The position numbers and the translations under genes are program-made. From positions 7,323 to 71,322 of the IMG/VR virus record IMGVR_UViG_3300023478_000001: a stretch of 64,000 bases of DNA. One strand, given 5' to 3'. This document shows positions 28,000-38,747 of this stretch, piece after piece. This DNA comes from a virus. The notes below the pieces were generated by a model. That model saw only the letters and a program-made list of their open reading frames with translations, was not told the DNA's origin and ran no database searches. Each line of letters begins with the position of its first letter. Within the stretch, counting starts at the first letter, position 1.

Positions 28000-28407
28000 T
28001 TAATTTTTTGAAAATTCAAGAATATCATAAATTCTAGTTGGAATCTTGTTAGTTCCTTCATTATTAGTAATAACGATAGAATTTCTTAATTGTTCCCAAT
28101 CAATAATAAAGTTTTTATCGAGAACCCCATAATTTTCTTCTTTTACTAACTCGTTTAATGCGTTAATAGTATATAATGTATTATATTCTTTTTTTCTGTG
28201 TACTAAAATTGTGTTATGTAATGGTAAATGCGGTTTATAATCAGTATCTATATTATACGTGACAAAAAGTTCATCTAAATTAGTTTTATTTTGTAATATA
28301 TAAATATAATTATAAACTACATTATATGTGTTTTGCACTTGATCTAGTACAGTTGTTAAATTGGATTTATCAGTAAAAGTACATAAAAGTTGTGTATGCA
28401 TCGTCAA
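28000..28407 (-). CDS. Conserved hypothetical phage protein
   Basis: 135-aa ORF, LLCTF...VHRKK..NTLYTINALN. Confidence 0.65.
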   Translation of the reverse strand: MTMHTQLLCTFTDKSNLTTVLDQVQNTYNVVYNYIYILQNKTNLDELFVTYNIDTDYKPHLPLHNTILVHRKKEYNTLYTINALNELVKEENYGVLDKNFIIDWEQLRNSIVITNNEGTNKIPTRIYDILEFSKN

Positions 28408-28472
28408 GTTATTTTTATTAGTTCTTGTATAAATATAAACAGTAAACTAGAAAGATAAACTTTTTTTAATAT

Positions 28473-30851
28473 TTATAATACTTTAGATTTCAACATTTTC
28501 TGTAAATCGTTACCAAACGCACCAATTACAGCATTTTGACCGACACCCTTTGTTCTGTATTTTTCCCTGCCAATTTCAGCGTTAGTTGTATCAAATAATA
28601 ATGTAGCAGTATCTGCACTAACTTTTAAAGTTTTTCTTAAATGGTTAAATAATAATTTTTTATCATCATCAGTAACTACAGTACCATTAAAATGACTCAA
28701 AGCTGCTAAAGAATCTCGCATTGTTTTAGAATTTACGGTATAACCAGCAATATTCATATCACCAATATCATCTTCGTTTTTATATATGTATCTGTCCCAG
28801 TGCATTTGCTTCATGTATGATTCAATATACGTTTGCATATATGGCCCATTTTGGTTTGGGTGAGTTCCAAATTTAGTATGAGTCATTGGTATTGAATTAG
28901 TTTTTTCATTTAATTTCATATCAGACGATAAAAATGTATCTATTGATTCATTATATGTATCTGTATTTAGAGTATTTTGATTCATTTTTGTACTAGGATA
29001 AATATAAGCGTTCTCCCATGTGTTATCATGTCTAGTCAAATCAGTTATTAATTGAGTATGAGCTACAGACATCGAATCGCGTGTTGTAGCTCCAACTTTT
29101 TCAATCCAATTCATATCAGGTGATAACATTGTATTTAATGATTCGATAGAAAACGGTTGTGCTCCTATATTTTTATATCCATTCACAGTTTTAAGTGTTA
29201 ATTCTTTAAGTTTTAAATTTTCCAACTCAATATTATCACGTCGCATTCTATTATATACCGCTCTAACTAATTTTACATCATCAGATACTTTTATTATATA
29301 TTTTTTTACTGAATTGGTGTTATCACCATCTTTTGCTAATCCAAACACAACACCTGCTATAACATTATCTGTATATGGTGGTTGTATATTGTTTTCTCTA
29401 AAATATCTATTAATTTTTACGCCTATCGCAGAATCTAACTTTATTGATTTTTTTAAATCAACCATATAATTTTTTCTGCGTTTTTGGCCTCCATCAAAGT
29501 TTTTAAATAATTCACCTAAATTATGTTTTTCTGAATATTCTATTGGATTATCAATGTTATCGCGAACCGCTTGTCCAGAGATACTACCTGCAGTTTCTAC
29601 AATTTTTGCTGCACCTTTGGTAATTTTAGATAAATTATCTACTATTTGTTTTGCATCTCCTTCTGTCATATTATAATCCCTTGCTACAGATTTAGCAGCT
29701 AATTGCATTACAGCTCCACGTTTATTAATAGTAGAATTAAATACAGGCGCACTAAATGATTTTTTATTTGAAGTGTGCTTAAATCCGATAGTGTTATCAT
29801 TAGTTTCATACAAAATACCAGTATCGGTATCTTCTCTTAATTTAATAAACTTTAATTGTCTTGTATAAAATTTTTCTTTTGAACTATCACCGTTTTGTAC
29901 AGCAGTAGCTACTTTATTTTTAAAAAAATTAATTAAGGTTTGTTTAGTATTATTCCTATTATTTACCGGATCCATTATTCCAATTGGATATGGACTAGAT
30001 TGAGGCGATTTAAAATTATATATGCTATTAGATTCTAATTCGTTTAATTCACTTTGGCCAGTTTTATAAGCTATTTTCATCCACTTTATAATATCATTAT
30101 CTGTTAATCCTTTACTAATAGCAGAATATTTTATATCATCAAAATTATTTTGCAAAAAATCATCTTCGGATGTATTATGTTTATATATAGATTCAACCGA
30201 TATAATACCATATAATTCACCAATTGTAGAACCGCCAGTACCAGGTTGAGTTTTTTTGCCACTAAGAATATCTTCACGTTCAGATTTGAATTTAGTTATA
30301 TCAACTTTTTCTGAACTGCCACCTTCTACTCTTTTTAATGTATCTGCTTCATCTTTTATTTTCTTTTGATACATAGGGTCACTAAACGTTTTTTTAACAT
30401 TTTCCTCAGCATCTGATTTTGTTTGGTCTGATTCTGAATTTACATTACTAACAATTGGATTACTCTGAGCAGTTGTATTATTAGTAGCACCGCCGGCTTC
30501 CCCTTGTGATGCTTTTTCTTGTTCATATTCACTTGTTGACATTGGGGTATAATTATCATTATCGTCTTTTTTATAATGTTTAGCTCCTTCTTTTCCTGTA
30601 TTTGCTGATTTATCAAAATCAGCTTTTCGCACGTATGCACTGCCTCCAACGTGTATGTAGTTATTATCATCTTTATCTTCTATTAAAAAATCTAAAGTTG
30701 GCTGTACTAATTCAGGAAATCCTCTTTCATATAAAATTTCTGATAATAAAGATTGTTGAGATTTTTTTGTAAAATCAACAATACCATCTTTGCAGCGATA
30801 TCCAACTTCGGATATTATACTACTTATAAATTCCTTGCTTTTCATTAGCAT
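28473..30851 (-). CDS. Large hypothetical protein, possibly virion-internal
   Basis: 792-aa ORF with IISE/LLSE/FLIE repeats in the N-terminus. Confidence 0.6.
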   Translation of the reverse strand: MLMKSKEFISSIISEVGYRCKDGIVDFTKKSQQSLLSEILYERGFPELVQPTLDFLIEDKDDNNYIHVGGSAYVRKADFDKSANTGKEGAKHYKKDDNDNYTPMSTSEYEQEKASQGEAGGATNNTTAQSNPIVSNVNSESDQTKSDAEENVKKTFSDPMYQKKIKDEADTLKRVEGGSSEKVDITKFKSEREDILSGKKTQPGTGGSTIGELYGIISVESIYKHNTSEDDFLQNNFDDIKYSAISKGLTDNDIIKWMKIAYKTGQSELNELESNSIYNFKSPQSSPYPIGIMDPVNNRNNTKQTLINFFKNKVATAVQNGDSSKEKFYTRQLKFIKLREDTDTGILYETNDNTIGFKHTSNKKSFSAPVFNSTINKRGAVMQLAAKSVARDYNMTEGDAKQIVDNLSKITKGAAKIVETAGSISGQAVRDNIDNPIEYSEKHNLGELFKNFDGGQKRRKNYMVDLKKSIKLDSAIGVKINRYFRENNIQPPYTDNVIAGVVFGLAKDGDNTNSVKKYIIKVSDDVKLVRAVYNRMRRDNIELENLKLKELTLKTVNGYKNIGAQPFSIESLNTMLSPDMNWIEKVGATTRDSMSVAHTQLITDLTRHDNTWENAYIYPSTKMNQNTLNTDTYNESIDTFLSSDMKLNEKTNSIPMTHTKFGTHPNQNGPYMQTYIESYMKQMHWDRYIYKNEDDIGDMNIAGYTVNSKTMRDSLAALSHFNGTVVTDDDKKLLFNHLRKTLKVSADTATLLFDTTNAEIGREKYRTKGVGQNAVIGAFGNDLQKMLKSKVL

Positions 30852-31086
30852 TTTTATCTGGAGTAGCTTTGTATGTTTTTATTATAACATTTTTATTTAA
30901 GATTAAAGCTCTTAATTTATCGCGTGAAATTCTTCCAATTTCTTGGTCTATACCGTGTACTTGCGGGGCTGTAATACCGTATAGTCTAATAGTTAATGTG
31001 TAGCAAATTTTGAAACCCAACTGAATAATCACTCTGATAGTATCACCATTAGGTACACTCACTACTTTAGCATTGTATTCATACAT
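30820..31086 (-). CDS. Thermonuclease (SNase)-like protein, degenerate or truncated
   Basis: MYEYNAKVVSVPNGDTI...IRLYGITAP; catalytic acidic residues altered; C-terminus missing. Confidence 0.7.
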   Translation of the reverse strand: MYEYNAKVVSVPNGDTIRVIIQLGFKICYTLTIRLYGITAPQVHGIDQEIGRISRDKLRALILNKNVIIKTYKATPDKNANEKQGIYK

Positions 31087-31188
31087 ACTGTAAGGGCGTT
31101 GTGCATCTTTTTGTAAAAAATACGTGTTAATATATCATTCCTTAGTTATAAGTATATAAAACTATAGCTAATATGCATATTTATATGA

Positions 31189-32484
31189 TTAAACCTGCGA
31201 ATAATCAGTTCCCCACGATGCTTTTACTGGATATCCAAAACTTTCTAATATGTTTTTTATATTTTTTGCTTCATTTACTCCATTATTTTTGTCATATTCA
31301 AAAAGAAATGCGTCATATGAATATAGACACAACGAGTTTATTCCATTTTCATATAATTTTGAAATTATTTTCATATTTGTTTCTGTTTCAGTTGCTTGTA
31401 ATAAATAATTGAAAACTTTTTGCGGTGTAGCATTATCTATCCAATTCAAAAATATTTTTCTGCCAGATGGTGTTTTAACATATCCATATTTTTTAGCTTT
31501 GTTATATATTTTTTGAATATATAAGTCTACCTTATTAAAAAACGGAATTTTTTTATCTTCCGTATTAACCCCTCCATAAAGTATTCTAAACGTTCTAGAT
31601 TTTGATTCTGTATAATTACAACCATACATATTAGCCAACCATAGGTGCGTCGATGTTTTTGGTAATTTAAAATTTATCATCTTTGCAATAAGTCGTACAT
31701 GATATGCATCGTAATCAAATGATAAAAATATTTTATCAAATCCCGGTATAAAAATTTCACGTGTGCCATCATTTTTATTAAGAGCTCCATAATTAATACC
31801 AGCATGATGATTAGATGGTCGTGATGTTATTGTATATGGATTATATTCTGTATAAACTTTGTTTTCTTTAATATGTTTTATTGCATTCGGAAATCTATTT
31901 ATAAATTTTTTCTTATCTATATGAATACCATGTTGTTCTAATTTTGATAAAATCGGTATCATTACTTGGTCTACCCAATTATCTGTAAATGAGTATAATA
32001 TAATATTTATTAAGGGGGTAGTAATACCTCGTAATACCTCAATCCACTTCATTATAGGAATGCTTTTACCTAAATCATCGTGTAACCCTAATCGAGTATA
32101 AAACCCCGTTAAATCTCCTATTTTTTCATCAATCTGATATAACTCATTATTATTAAAAAAGTTATCTGCTTGCATATCATATAAATTTTGAATGCCTAAA
32201 TTTGTCTGCAATAATCCTTTTTTATAAAATGTTTTTTTCTTTTGAGTTGACCGAGTTAAATCAATATTAAGTCGTTCGCAATCATTATGATTAAAAGGTA
32301 AAATATAATCCATTTTATATAATCCTTGATCAGTTTCATCATCGCGAAACCTCACATATAAAAATGATATATCATTATTCATTGGATGTGTTTCCGTATC
32401 TGCCCAAACGGGAAATATCAAACACGGTTCAGTATTCCAATAATTTAAAAAATTATCTATATCTTTTTTAGTTTCTAGTATCAT
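31189..32484 (-). CDS. Family A DNA polymerase-like protein (compact)
   Basis: TITSRPS, motif A FDYDAYHVRL, motif B SKSRTFRILYG, NYLLQATE, motif C YSYDAFLF. Confidence 0.85.
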   Translation of the reverse strand: MILETKKDIDNFLNYWNTEPCLIFPVWADTETHPMNNDISFLYVRFRDDETDQGLYKMDYILPFNHNDCERLNIDLTRSTQKKKTFYKKGLLQTNLGIQNLYDMQADNFFNNNELYQIDEKIGDLTGFYTRLGLHDDLGKSIPIMKWIEVLRGITTPLINIILYSFTDNWVDQVMIPILSKLEQHGIHIDKKKFINRFPNAIKHIKENKVYTEYNPYTITSRPSNHHAGINYGALNKNDGTREIFIPGFDKIFLSFDYDAYHVRLIAKMINFKLPKTSTHLWLANMYGCNYTESKSRTFRILYGGVNTEDKKIPFFNKVDLYIQKIYNKAKKYGYVKTPSGRKIFLNWIDNATPQKVFNYLLQATETETNMKIISKLYENGINSLCLYSYDAFLFEYDKNNGVNEAKNIKNILESFGYPVKASWGTDYSQV

Positions 32485-32514
32485 TAATTCTATCTAATTA
32501 ATCTTTGTGAAATA

Positions 32515-32772
32515 TCAATTAATAGGAGATAAAATTAATGCGCGAGGGTTCTTTTTTAATTCTTCGTATTCATAATCAGTCATACAATTATCTTCTGCAG
32601 TCCATTCATCAAAATATACGTCTCCATTCCAAGTTGTTTCAGGCATATATCTAGCTTCAAAGTTTGCTTGAGATAACGGTGAATACCCATTTCCTTCTGA
32701 GTCATGTTGCAATATTACCTCCATATCGTCAGGAAGATTTTCAATATAATTTTTCAATTCTTTAACAGTCAT
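32515..32772 (-). CDS. Hypothetical protein
   Basis: MTVKELK..LPDDMEVILQHDSEGNGYSPL phage motif. Confidence 0.65.
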   Translation of the reverse strand: MTVKELKNYIENLPDDMEVILQHDSEGNGYSPLSQANFEARYMPETTWNGDVYFDEWTAEDNCMTDYEYEELKKNPRALILSPIN

Positions 32773-32954
32773 TTTTTTTTTTATTTACATTAGTGGTAAT
32801 GAAATTCCATTAATATTAATTAAACTAATAAATCTTCCGGCTCTATAATGCTCAAATCCTCTAATTCTTGCTTTTTTAAGATTAGGAAAAGATTCAATAA
32901 AGTGACCTCTACCTTCTAAAGCTTTACTGGTTACTGTGTATTTTCTGATTTTTG

Positions 32955-33254
32955 TCATAATTTAATGTTTACAGTTATATTATTTTTATTTATTCCTCGT
33001 TTTCCAAATTTTTTAATAAAATGATTAAGAGTTAAATCGCAATAGTCATCTTCCCAATCGCCAATATAATATAATTTATGAATTTCATTAATTACACCTT
33101 TACTATATAAATTTTCATCTAAAGTATCTGAAACAATAGAGTTTTTTATTTTACTAAAAAAATCTTTTGGCGGTAGTTTTGGTGGATCGACTGACTTTAA
33201 TTTTTTCCAAAAATTAAATATTGATTTACGTTTGAATTTTTTGCTAGAATCCAT
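32955..33254 (-). CDS. Hypothetical protein
   Basis: 99-aa ORF. Confidence 0.45.
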   Translation of the reverse strand: MDSSKKFKRKSIFNFWKKLKSVDPPKLPPKDFFSKIKNSIVSDTLDENLYSKGVINEIHKLYYIGDWEDDYCDLTLNHFIKKFGKRGINKNNITVNIKL

Positions 33255-33522
33255 TGAATCTGGATTGATGTTCCAACCTACATTGTCTTCAGTTTCAAAA
33301 TAACTGTTATTTATTTTTTTTCTGATTTATATTTTAGTAGGGGGTTATCTACTAGAAAACTCCAAATATTTGGAGTCCTTTCTCTGTCCAATCTAACATT
33401 ATATTTTATTTTATGTAAATATACGAAAAAAAAATGAGAAATCCTAATTTTTTCTATTGTTATTTTTTGAAAGATACACAATTTCACCCATAAGTTGGCC
33501 GATACCAACTATAACTGTAAAT

Positions 33523-33900
33523 TCAAATCCAGTTATTTTCCACATTACCCAATATATAAATGAATTTATTATATAGTAAAGTACTGTAGTTGGTTTCTCC
33601 AGTATTACCACTTTTTATTGAAATACTAAGAGTTTTATGCAACATATCATAAAACTCTTTTGAGATTTTTTCAAACCCTACTGGTTTTACGATATATTTA
33701 TCATTATTTTCCCATTCAATAATATCACCAACTGAAACTGATGGTGAACTTTTTGCGTGTACCTCGTTTTGACCATACTCAAAAACTTTATTCAAATCGT
33801 AATTAATATCGCCCGTTAATATACTATAAGGAACGTTAACTATTCGCACCATTCCTTTATTAAATTTCATTTGTTCTACTTTAAATTCTTTAGTACCCAT
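33523..33900 (-). CDS. Hypothetical protein (SVSVGD motif)
   Basis: 125-aa ORF after the early promoter motif. Confidence 0.6.
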   Translation of the reverse strand: MGTKEFKVEQMKFNKGMVRIVNVPYSILTGDINYDLNKVFEYGQNEVHAKSSPSVSVGDIIEWENNDKYIVKPVGFEKISKEFYDMLHKTLSISIKSGNTGETNYSTLLYNKFIYILGNVENNWI

Positions 33901-34017
33901 ACTTTTTAATTTTTATTATCTTGTTATTATAGCAAAGATACAAAAAAAAATAGAGATATACAAGTTTTTTTACTATTAATTTTCTTTATGTAATATACAA
34001 AAAAATATTTATATTTC

Positions 34018-34413
34018 CTAATTTTTCTTCCAATATTGTATTAAGTTTGGCAAGTACATATTTAGATTTCTGATATTGACAGATGCTAATTGGATTGATG
34101 TTTTATTAGAAAGTTTGACTCCTTTATCAATTATTTTCTTTTGAGGATTTCTGATAATTTCTTTTGAGCCACTAATTCGCCATCGTAAAGTTGTGGTATT
34201 GAATAATACAGAAGATGATAATCTTCCATAATCTGATGCGGATATTTCAAATATAGGTGCTGATGAATCATTCACACGTTGAGTAAAATATCTATTAATA
34301 TATCCTTTGAAATAATCATTTTTGGTAGGAATTATAACAGATGCTTTAACTTTTACATTTAAGCGTTTAAATTTTCCATTTGTTAAATTAGTATATTTAT
34401 CGTTTATATTCAT
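34018..34413 (-). CDS. Putative baseplate/tail protein
   Basis: PTKNDYFKGYINRYF motif; end of the baseplate operon. Confidence 0.5.
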   Translation of the reverse strand: MNINDKYTNLTNGKFKRLNVKVKASVIIPTKNDYFKGYINRYFTQRVNDSSAPIFEISASDYGRLSSSVLFNTTTLRWRISGSKEIIRNPQKKIIDKGVKLSNKTSIQLASVNIRNLNMYLPNLIQYWKKN

Positions 34414-34415
34414 AA

Positions 34416-36920
34416 CTATATTTTAATATTTCTCATTGTTGCTTTTACGGTAGTTTTCCATAAATTATCACTTATGTCATGTGAAACTTCCATTATCTGA
34501 AACGTTCCTGATTTAAACACACTTGGTAAATCTATTATACGAAATAAATCACCTATTTTGAGACCAGAAATTCCATGAATTTCAAAATTAAATTCAATGC
34601 TCAATATAGCAGGATTACTTATTGAGTGTGAACCATTAGCAATACTAAGTTTGCCTTCATCTCGCAATCTTATAGTTGTTAATAATGAACTATCACTCCA
34701 ACCACCTACTAAGAAAAAGTTTTCTACTGTGGTTTTATTACTACTAGAAAGCCAATCAAACCACCCATTTCTGATATCAGCTCGACTTCTAAATTGATGT
34801 TTTGGAATTATAATTGCTTTTTTCATATATAATTCTAAATTTTGTTTTTTAATCTGGTCTTGTGATAATTTTTTACTGCTAGTTGGTGATGGTTCAACAG
34901 TTGCGTTATTTACTGATTTAAAACTATTTAATATTGCTACTACTCTATCTTGGGTTTTACTAAAAAAGAAACTTCTAGGTAGAGGTTGACCTTCAGCTTG
35001 AGTTTCTACTTTAAGTGAACTTCGTTGTCCTAATATTGTATTTTGCATAATAGCAGGAATATCCATATTTAGGTCAGATGATAAAAATGGACATCCAATT
35101 CCCTTGCTTTGAAACTCTGGAATTTTAAGTTTTGTCTTATCTATATTTCCTAAAAATGTAGTATCTTTTATTTCTAATTGGTAGTTAGGTAAAGTTGATT
35201 TTGATTTTGATTTTTTACCAAATTTTATTGGATTATTTGCATTTTCATATATTTCAAATTCCCAATAAGAATTAGCTGCAGACGATATACCATTTAATAA
35301 TTCATAATAAATATCTTTGGCAACATAATTGCTTCTGGATATTACGTTTATAAAAAAATCAAAATTAATATATAAATCATCTAAATATCCATAATTTTCA
35401 GCTTTATATGTAACTGATGTTTGGGTTTCTTTTAAAAATTTAGGTAGTGAATCATGTGTTTGAGGAAACGCATAATCATTGTTTGAGTCATCCTCAAACA
35501 TATTGCCATTTACAACTGATCCTGATACATTGTTTTCTATTCTGTCTACATCAATAGGCCATTTGTCTATTAATTTATGAGATGTAATTGCATTAACTAA
35601 TCCAAATTCTGGTAATTTACTATTTGGTATATACAATTTACTTAAATCTGTTGAAAATATGTGAGAATGCGCGCGAATTACAGTATCGCGTGTATTAATT
35701 TTATAACTGTATGTAGTTACTTCGGAACAATTTTTAGCAGGAAGTGGTTCTAAATTAGCATTATATGTATTTAATATGGCAAATGCAAGTTCAATTCGTA
35801 TAAATGAGTGCTTTTCAGATATTAATTCAATTCCATCCGGAATATCACTAGTTATTGTAATATTACTAGCAGTGTCAGTTTTCAATTTTATAGTAGACCC
35901 AGCAAGACTTCCAATATCTTTACGTATTTCATCATCTATATTAATATAGTTTCCTGGATCATTCCATGGTCTGCCACGTTTATCGACTTGATTATCTTTT
36001 ACTAAGTTTTTAACTAATTCAGTCTGTTTTGCTAATGGTAGTTTATTGTACATTTGCATAAATAATCCACGACCATATGTGTTTTTATTTTTAGCAGCTG
36101 TGTCAATTGCTTCTGGTTTAAATTTTATTCCAGTATCGGTTGATATAGCAGAAAATTTATCATTTAATAATACTCCGTTTTTTTGAACTTGTAAATATGC
36201 GGGTACTTGACCAATAGATACTAATTCTACACTTACGATATAAGTATCATTCTCTGCGTTTTTATAACCACCGCCTGTAATACGTCCCATAAATCCATCG
36301 TATGTTCCATTTGATTTTTTTCTTTTACTTAAAATTGTATTATAATTATTATATGCTGCTATAGCGCAAGGCCCCTTTTGTTTTAAATCTGCCTTACTGT
36401 TTATTGAATCGCGTGTATTCCAGCCAAACTCTACTAATACAGCAAATCCAGGTTCGTAAAAATGCTTAGTTACAATTTCTGCTTGTGATAATGTATAACA
36501 CTTAATATCAAAACTTGCTTTACGAGTTAAACCTCTGCCTCCGTTTTCAATGGTTAGCGAATCTATGGTAGGTGATGGTCTATGAGCTCTGTCCGGTGAA
36601 TCGGTATACACAGAATTTCCCTTAAAATCAGTTCCAACCCTTCCTGAACGACTGTTTCCACCGTATGCAGTTGTGAATGAATTATTTTCTGGCAAACTTT
36701 CTAATATTAATCCTTTACCTTCTGCTACAGTATTTTCACCATTTAGTAAAGTTCCGGTTACATTAGTTTTTTGAATTGCAGGATGTTTACCTACAGTTCC
36801 AGCTGATGATATACGTATCCATGCCAATAACTTACTTGTATCAATATTGTTATTAGCGCGAGATTTCATCAAATCTACTGTATATTTTTGTAATGCTCCT
36901 AATGCAGGAAATACTCCCAT
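34416..36920 (-). CDS. Putative baseplate hub protein
   Basis: PGFAVLVEFGW; C-terminal HGISGLKIGD...FQIMEVSH...WKTTV; context. Confidence 0.6.
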   Translation of the reverse strand: MGVFPALGALQKYTVDLMKSRANNNIDTSKLLAWIRISSAGTVGKHPAIQKTNVTGTLLNGENTVAEGKGLILESLPENNSFTTAYGGNSRSGRVGTDFKGNSVYTDSPDRAHRPSPTIDSLTIENGGRGLTRKASFDIKCYTLSQAEIVTKHFYEPGFAVLVEFGWNTRDSINSKADLKQKGPCAIAAYNNYNTILSKRKKSNGTYDGFMGRITGGGYKNAENDTYIVSVELVSIGQVPAYLQVQKNGVLLNDKFSAISTDTGIKFKPEAIDTAAKNKNTYGRGLFMQMYNKLPLAKQTELVKNLVKDNQVDKRGRPWNDPGNYINIDDEIRKDIGSLAGSTIKLKTDTASNITITSDIPDGIELISEKHSFIRIELAFAILNTYNANLEPLPAKNCSEVTTYSYKINTRDTVIRAHSHIFSTDLSKLYIPNSKLPEFGLVNAITSHKLIDKWPIDVDRIENNVSGSVVNGNMFEDDSNNDYAFPQTHDSLPKFLKETQTSVTYKAENYGYLDDLYINFDFFINVISRSNYVAKDIYYELLNGISSAANSYWEFEIYENANNPIKFGKKSKSKSTLPNYQLEIKDTTFLGNIDKTKLKIPEFQSKGIGCPFLSSDLNMDIPAIMQNTILGQRSSLKVETQAEGQPLPRSFFFSKTQDRVVAILNSFKSVNNATVEPSPTSSKKLSQDQIKKQNLELYMKKAIIIPKHQFRSRADIRNGWFDWLSSSNKTTVENFFLVGGWSDSSLLTTIRLRDEGKLSIANGSHSISNPAILSIEFNFEIHGISGLKIGDLFRIIDLPSVFKSGTFQIMEVSHDISDNLWKTTVKATMRNIKI

Positions 36921-36922
36921 AT

Positions 36923-37213
36923 TTATTTATTAAAATTATTAATAATAGTTATATAATCTTTTGGTATTCGTAGTATTGTACCGTCATCTACTGCAAAAAC
37001 GCCATCATGAATATTATTTGCGCTTGCGATTATCCACCATAACGATTGATCATCATAAAACTGTTTAGCCAATGTATCTAATCTATCGCCTTGTTGTACA
37101 ACTGCATATATATCCGTATCATCTAATGGTATATTTGGATATATTTTTGTTCTATACGTCTCACGACCATCTGATAATTTGTTAATTTTTGTATTTTCGT
37201 TTCTACTTGCCAT
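36923..37213 (-). CDS. LysM/tail-X-like baseplate wedge protein (gp53-like)
   Basis: GDRLDTLAKQFYDDQSLWWIIASAN...LRIP. Confidence 0.8.
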   Translation of the reverse strand: MASRNENTKINKLSDGRETYRTKIYPNIPLDDTDIYAVVQQGDRLDTLAKQFYDDQSLWWIIASANNIHDGVFAVDDGTILRIPKDYITIINNFNK

Positions 37214-37216
37214 ATT

Positions 37217-38746
37217 TTATAATAAAGTTTTAGGTACTGAAAATGTATTTAGTTTCGCCAATTTAGTTATATTAGAAGTTAGAGCAGCAGGGCCAGTTCG
37301 TGGACTTTCATTAAACGTCATATTAGTTTTAGTTAAACTAGTAGGATTAGCATATAATCCTTTTGATTCTACCCCAATATTTTCAATAAATTTAATTGAG
37401 ACTGATACATCTATGTATTTTGGTAATAATCCAACACTAGGATCAATCTCCCATGTTGTATTATCAGGTAATGTATAACTTAGTGAACTTATATACCCTA
37501 CTTTGTTATTATACATATCACCAAGTCTAAAATTAATAATTGGTGGATTAATTAATGTACCTCTATCTTTAATTGTTTTAAATTTAGGGTACGTGTATTC
37601 AGTTAATTTTGTAATTTTTTGCCAGTTATTAATTAATTCTTGACTATTCATACAATAAATTTGTAACGAAAATGTTAATTCTCTGCCAACACCGCTGTAT
37701 GTATAAAATTCATATGGATTACCAAAAAAAGAATTAGATGACCAATTTGGCGAAACAGTTTCAGTAATGCCATTTAATAATGTTCTAAAATGAGTTTTTG
37801 GTGTTTTTGTATCATCTTGTCTACCAATCCAAAACGGAACTAAATCATATTTTTCATATTTTTCTGTACTATAATTTACAGTATTAGTCGTATTAACATC
37901 TTGCAAATTTATAATATCGTGTGTACCTTTAGGTTGAGTTGAACCAGCTAATTGTGGAGCAGCAATTCCATATTTTATTTCTAATGAATCTTTTGTAATT
38001 TTATTATCTAACTTATCGCCAGTATTGCCAGTATAAGGGGTATCTATACTGTATGATGTTAATTCACTACCAAGTGATGTATTATCTCCAAATTTTTCTT
38101 TTCTAATTTGGTGACCTAATTCGGTTGTCCATAACTCACTATGTCGGTCTACGCCATATATTGGTGAATATTTTGCTAAATCAATAGGTTTTATATGTTG
38201 AAACGTTTCAAGGATCTCTTTGCGAAACTTAGTTTTATTACCAACTTGTTCTTTATAATTTAATTTCTTCTTTACATCAGTATATGTATTTGTATTACTA
38301 TATTCAAAAAAATTTAAAGGTTTTGGAGTTGTAATTCCGGATGATACTGTATTACCAAATAAAGCGTTTCTTAGTTTATCTTTTCCTAATTTAATAGTAT
38401 TTCCTAATAATTGATGTCCTATTGTTTTTAAATTTCCGCCACCAGTTTGTATTAAAGGGTGCGGAATACCTAGTGTTTCATTTACTTTGTTACGAACCGT
38501 AGTTATGGCTTTTCCAAGAATTCCGCTATTACCAACTTTACCAGTAGCAGCAGTTTTCATTACATCTAATGTTGGGGTGGTTCTTAATGCTATACGAGTT
38601 GTATCACTTCCATATAGTAATGGATTATTTGCATCCGCTAAACTGCGGGTACGGATTCCATTAAGTTCTTCTTTTACTAATGTTTCTGAGTTAGAAGTTA
38701 TATTGTCATATACTGAACCTTTAAATAAATCTCTTAAACTTGCCAT
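37217..38746 (-). CDS. Putative tail tube initiator / baseplate protein
   Basis: YTYSGVGRELTFSLQI...PPIINFRLGDMY...LPKYIDVS; follows the tape measure gene. Confidence 0.6.
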   Translation of the reverse strand: MASLRDLFKGSVYDNITSNSETLVKEELNGIRTRSLADANNPLLYGSDTTRIALRTTPTLDVMKTAATGKVGNSGILGKAITTVRNKVNETLGIPHPLIQTGGGNLKTIGHQLLGNTIKLGKDKLRNALFGNTVSSGITTPKPLNFFEYSNTNTYTDVKKKLNYKEQVGNKTKFRKEILETFQHIKPIDLAKYSPIYGVDRHSELWTTELGHQIRKEKFGDNTSLGSELTSYSIDTPYTGNTGDKLDNKITKDSLEIKYGIAAPQLAGSTQPKGTHDIINLQDVNTTNTVNYSTEKYEKYDLVPFWIGRQDDTKTPKTHFRTLLNGITETVSPNWSSNSFFGNPYEFYTYSGVGRELTFSLQIYCMNSQELINNWQKITKLTEYTYPKFKTIKDRGTLINPPIINFRLGDMYNNKVGYISSLSYTLPDNTTWEIDPSVGLLPKYIDVSVSIKFIENIGVESKGLYANPTSLTKTNMTFNESPRTGPAALTSNITKLAKLNTFSVPKTLL

Positions 38747-38747
38747 A

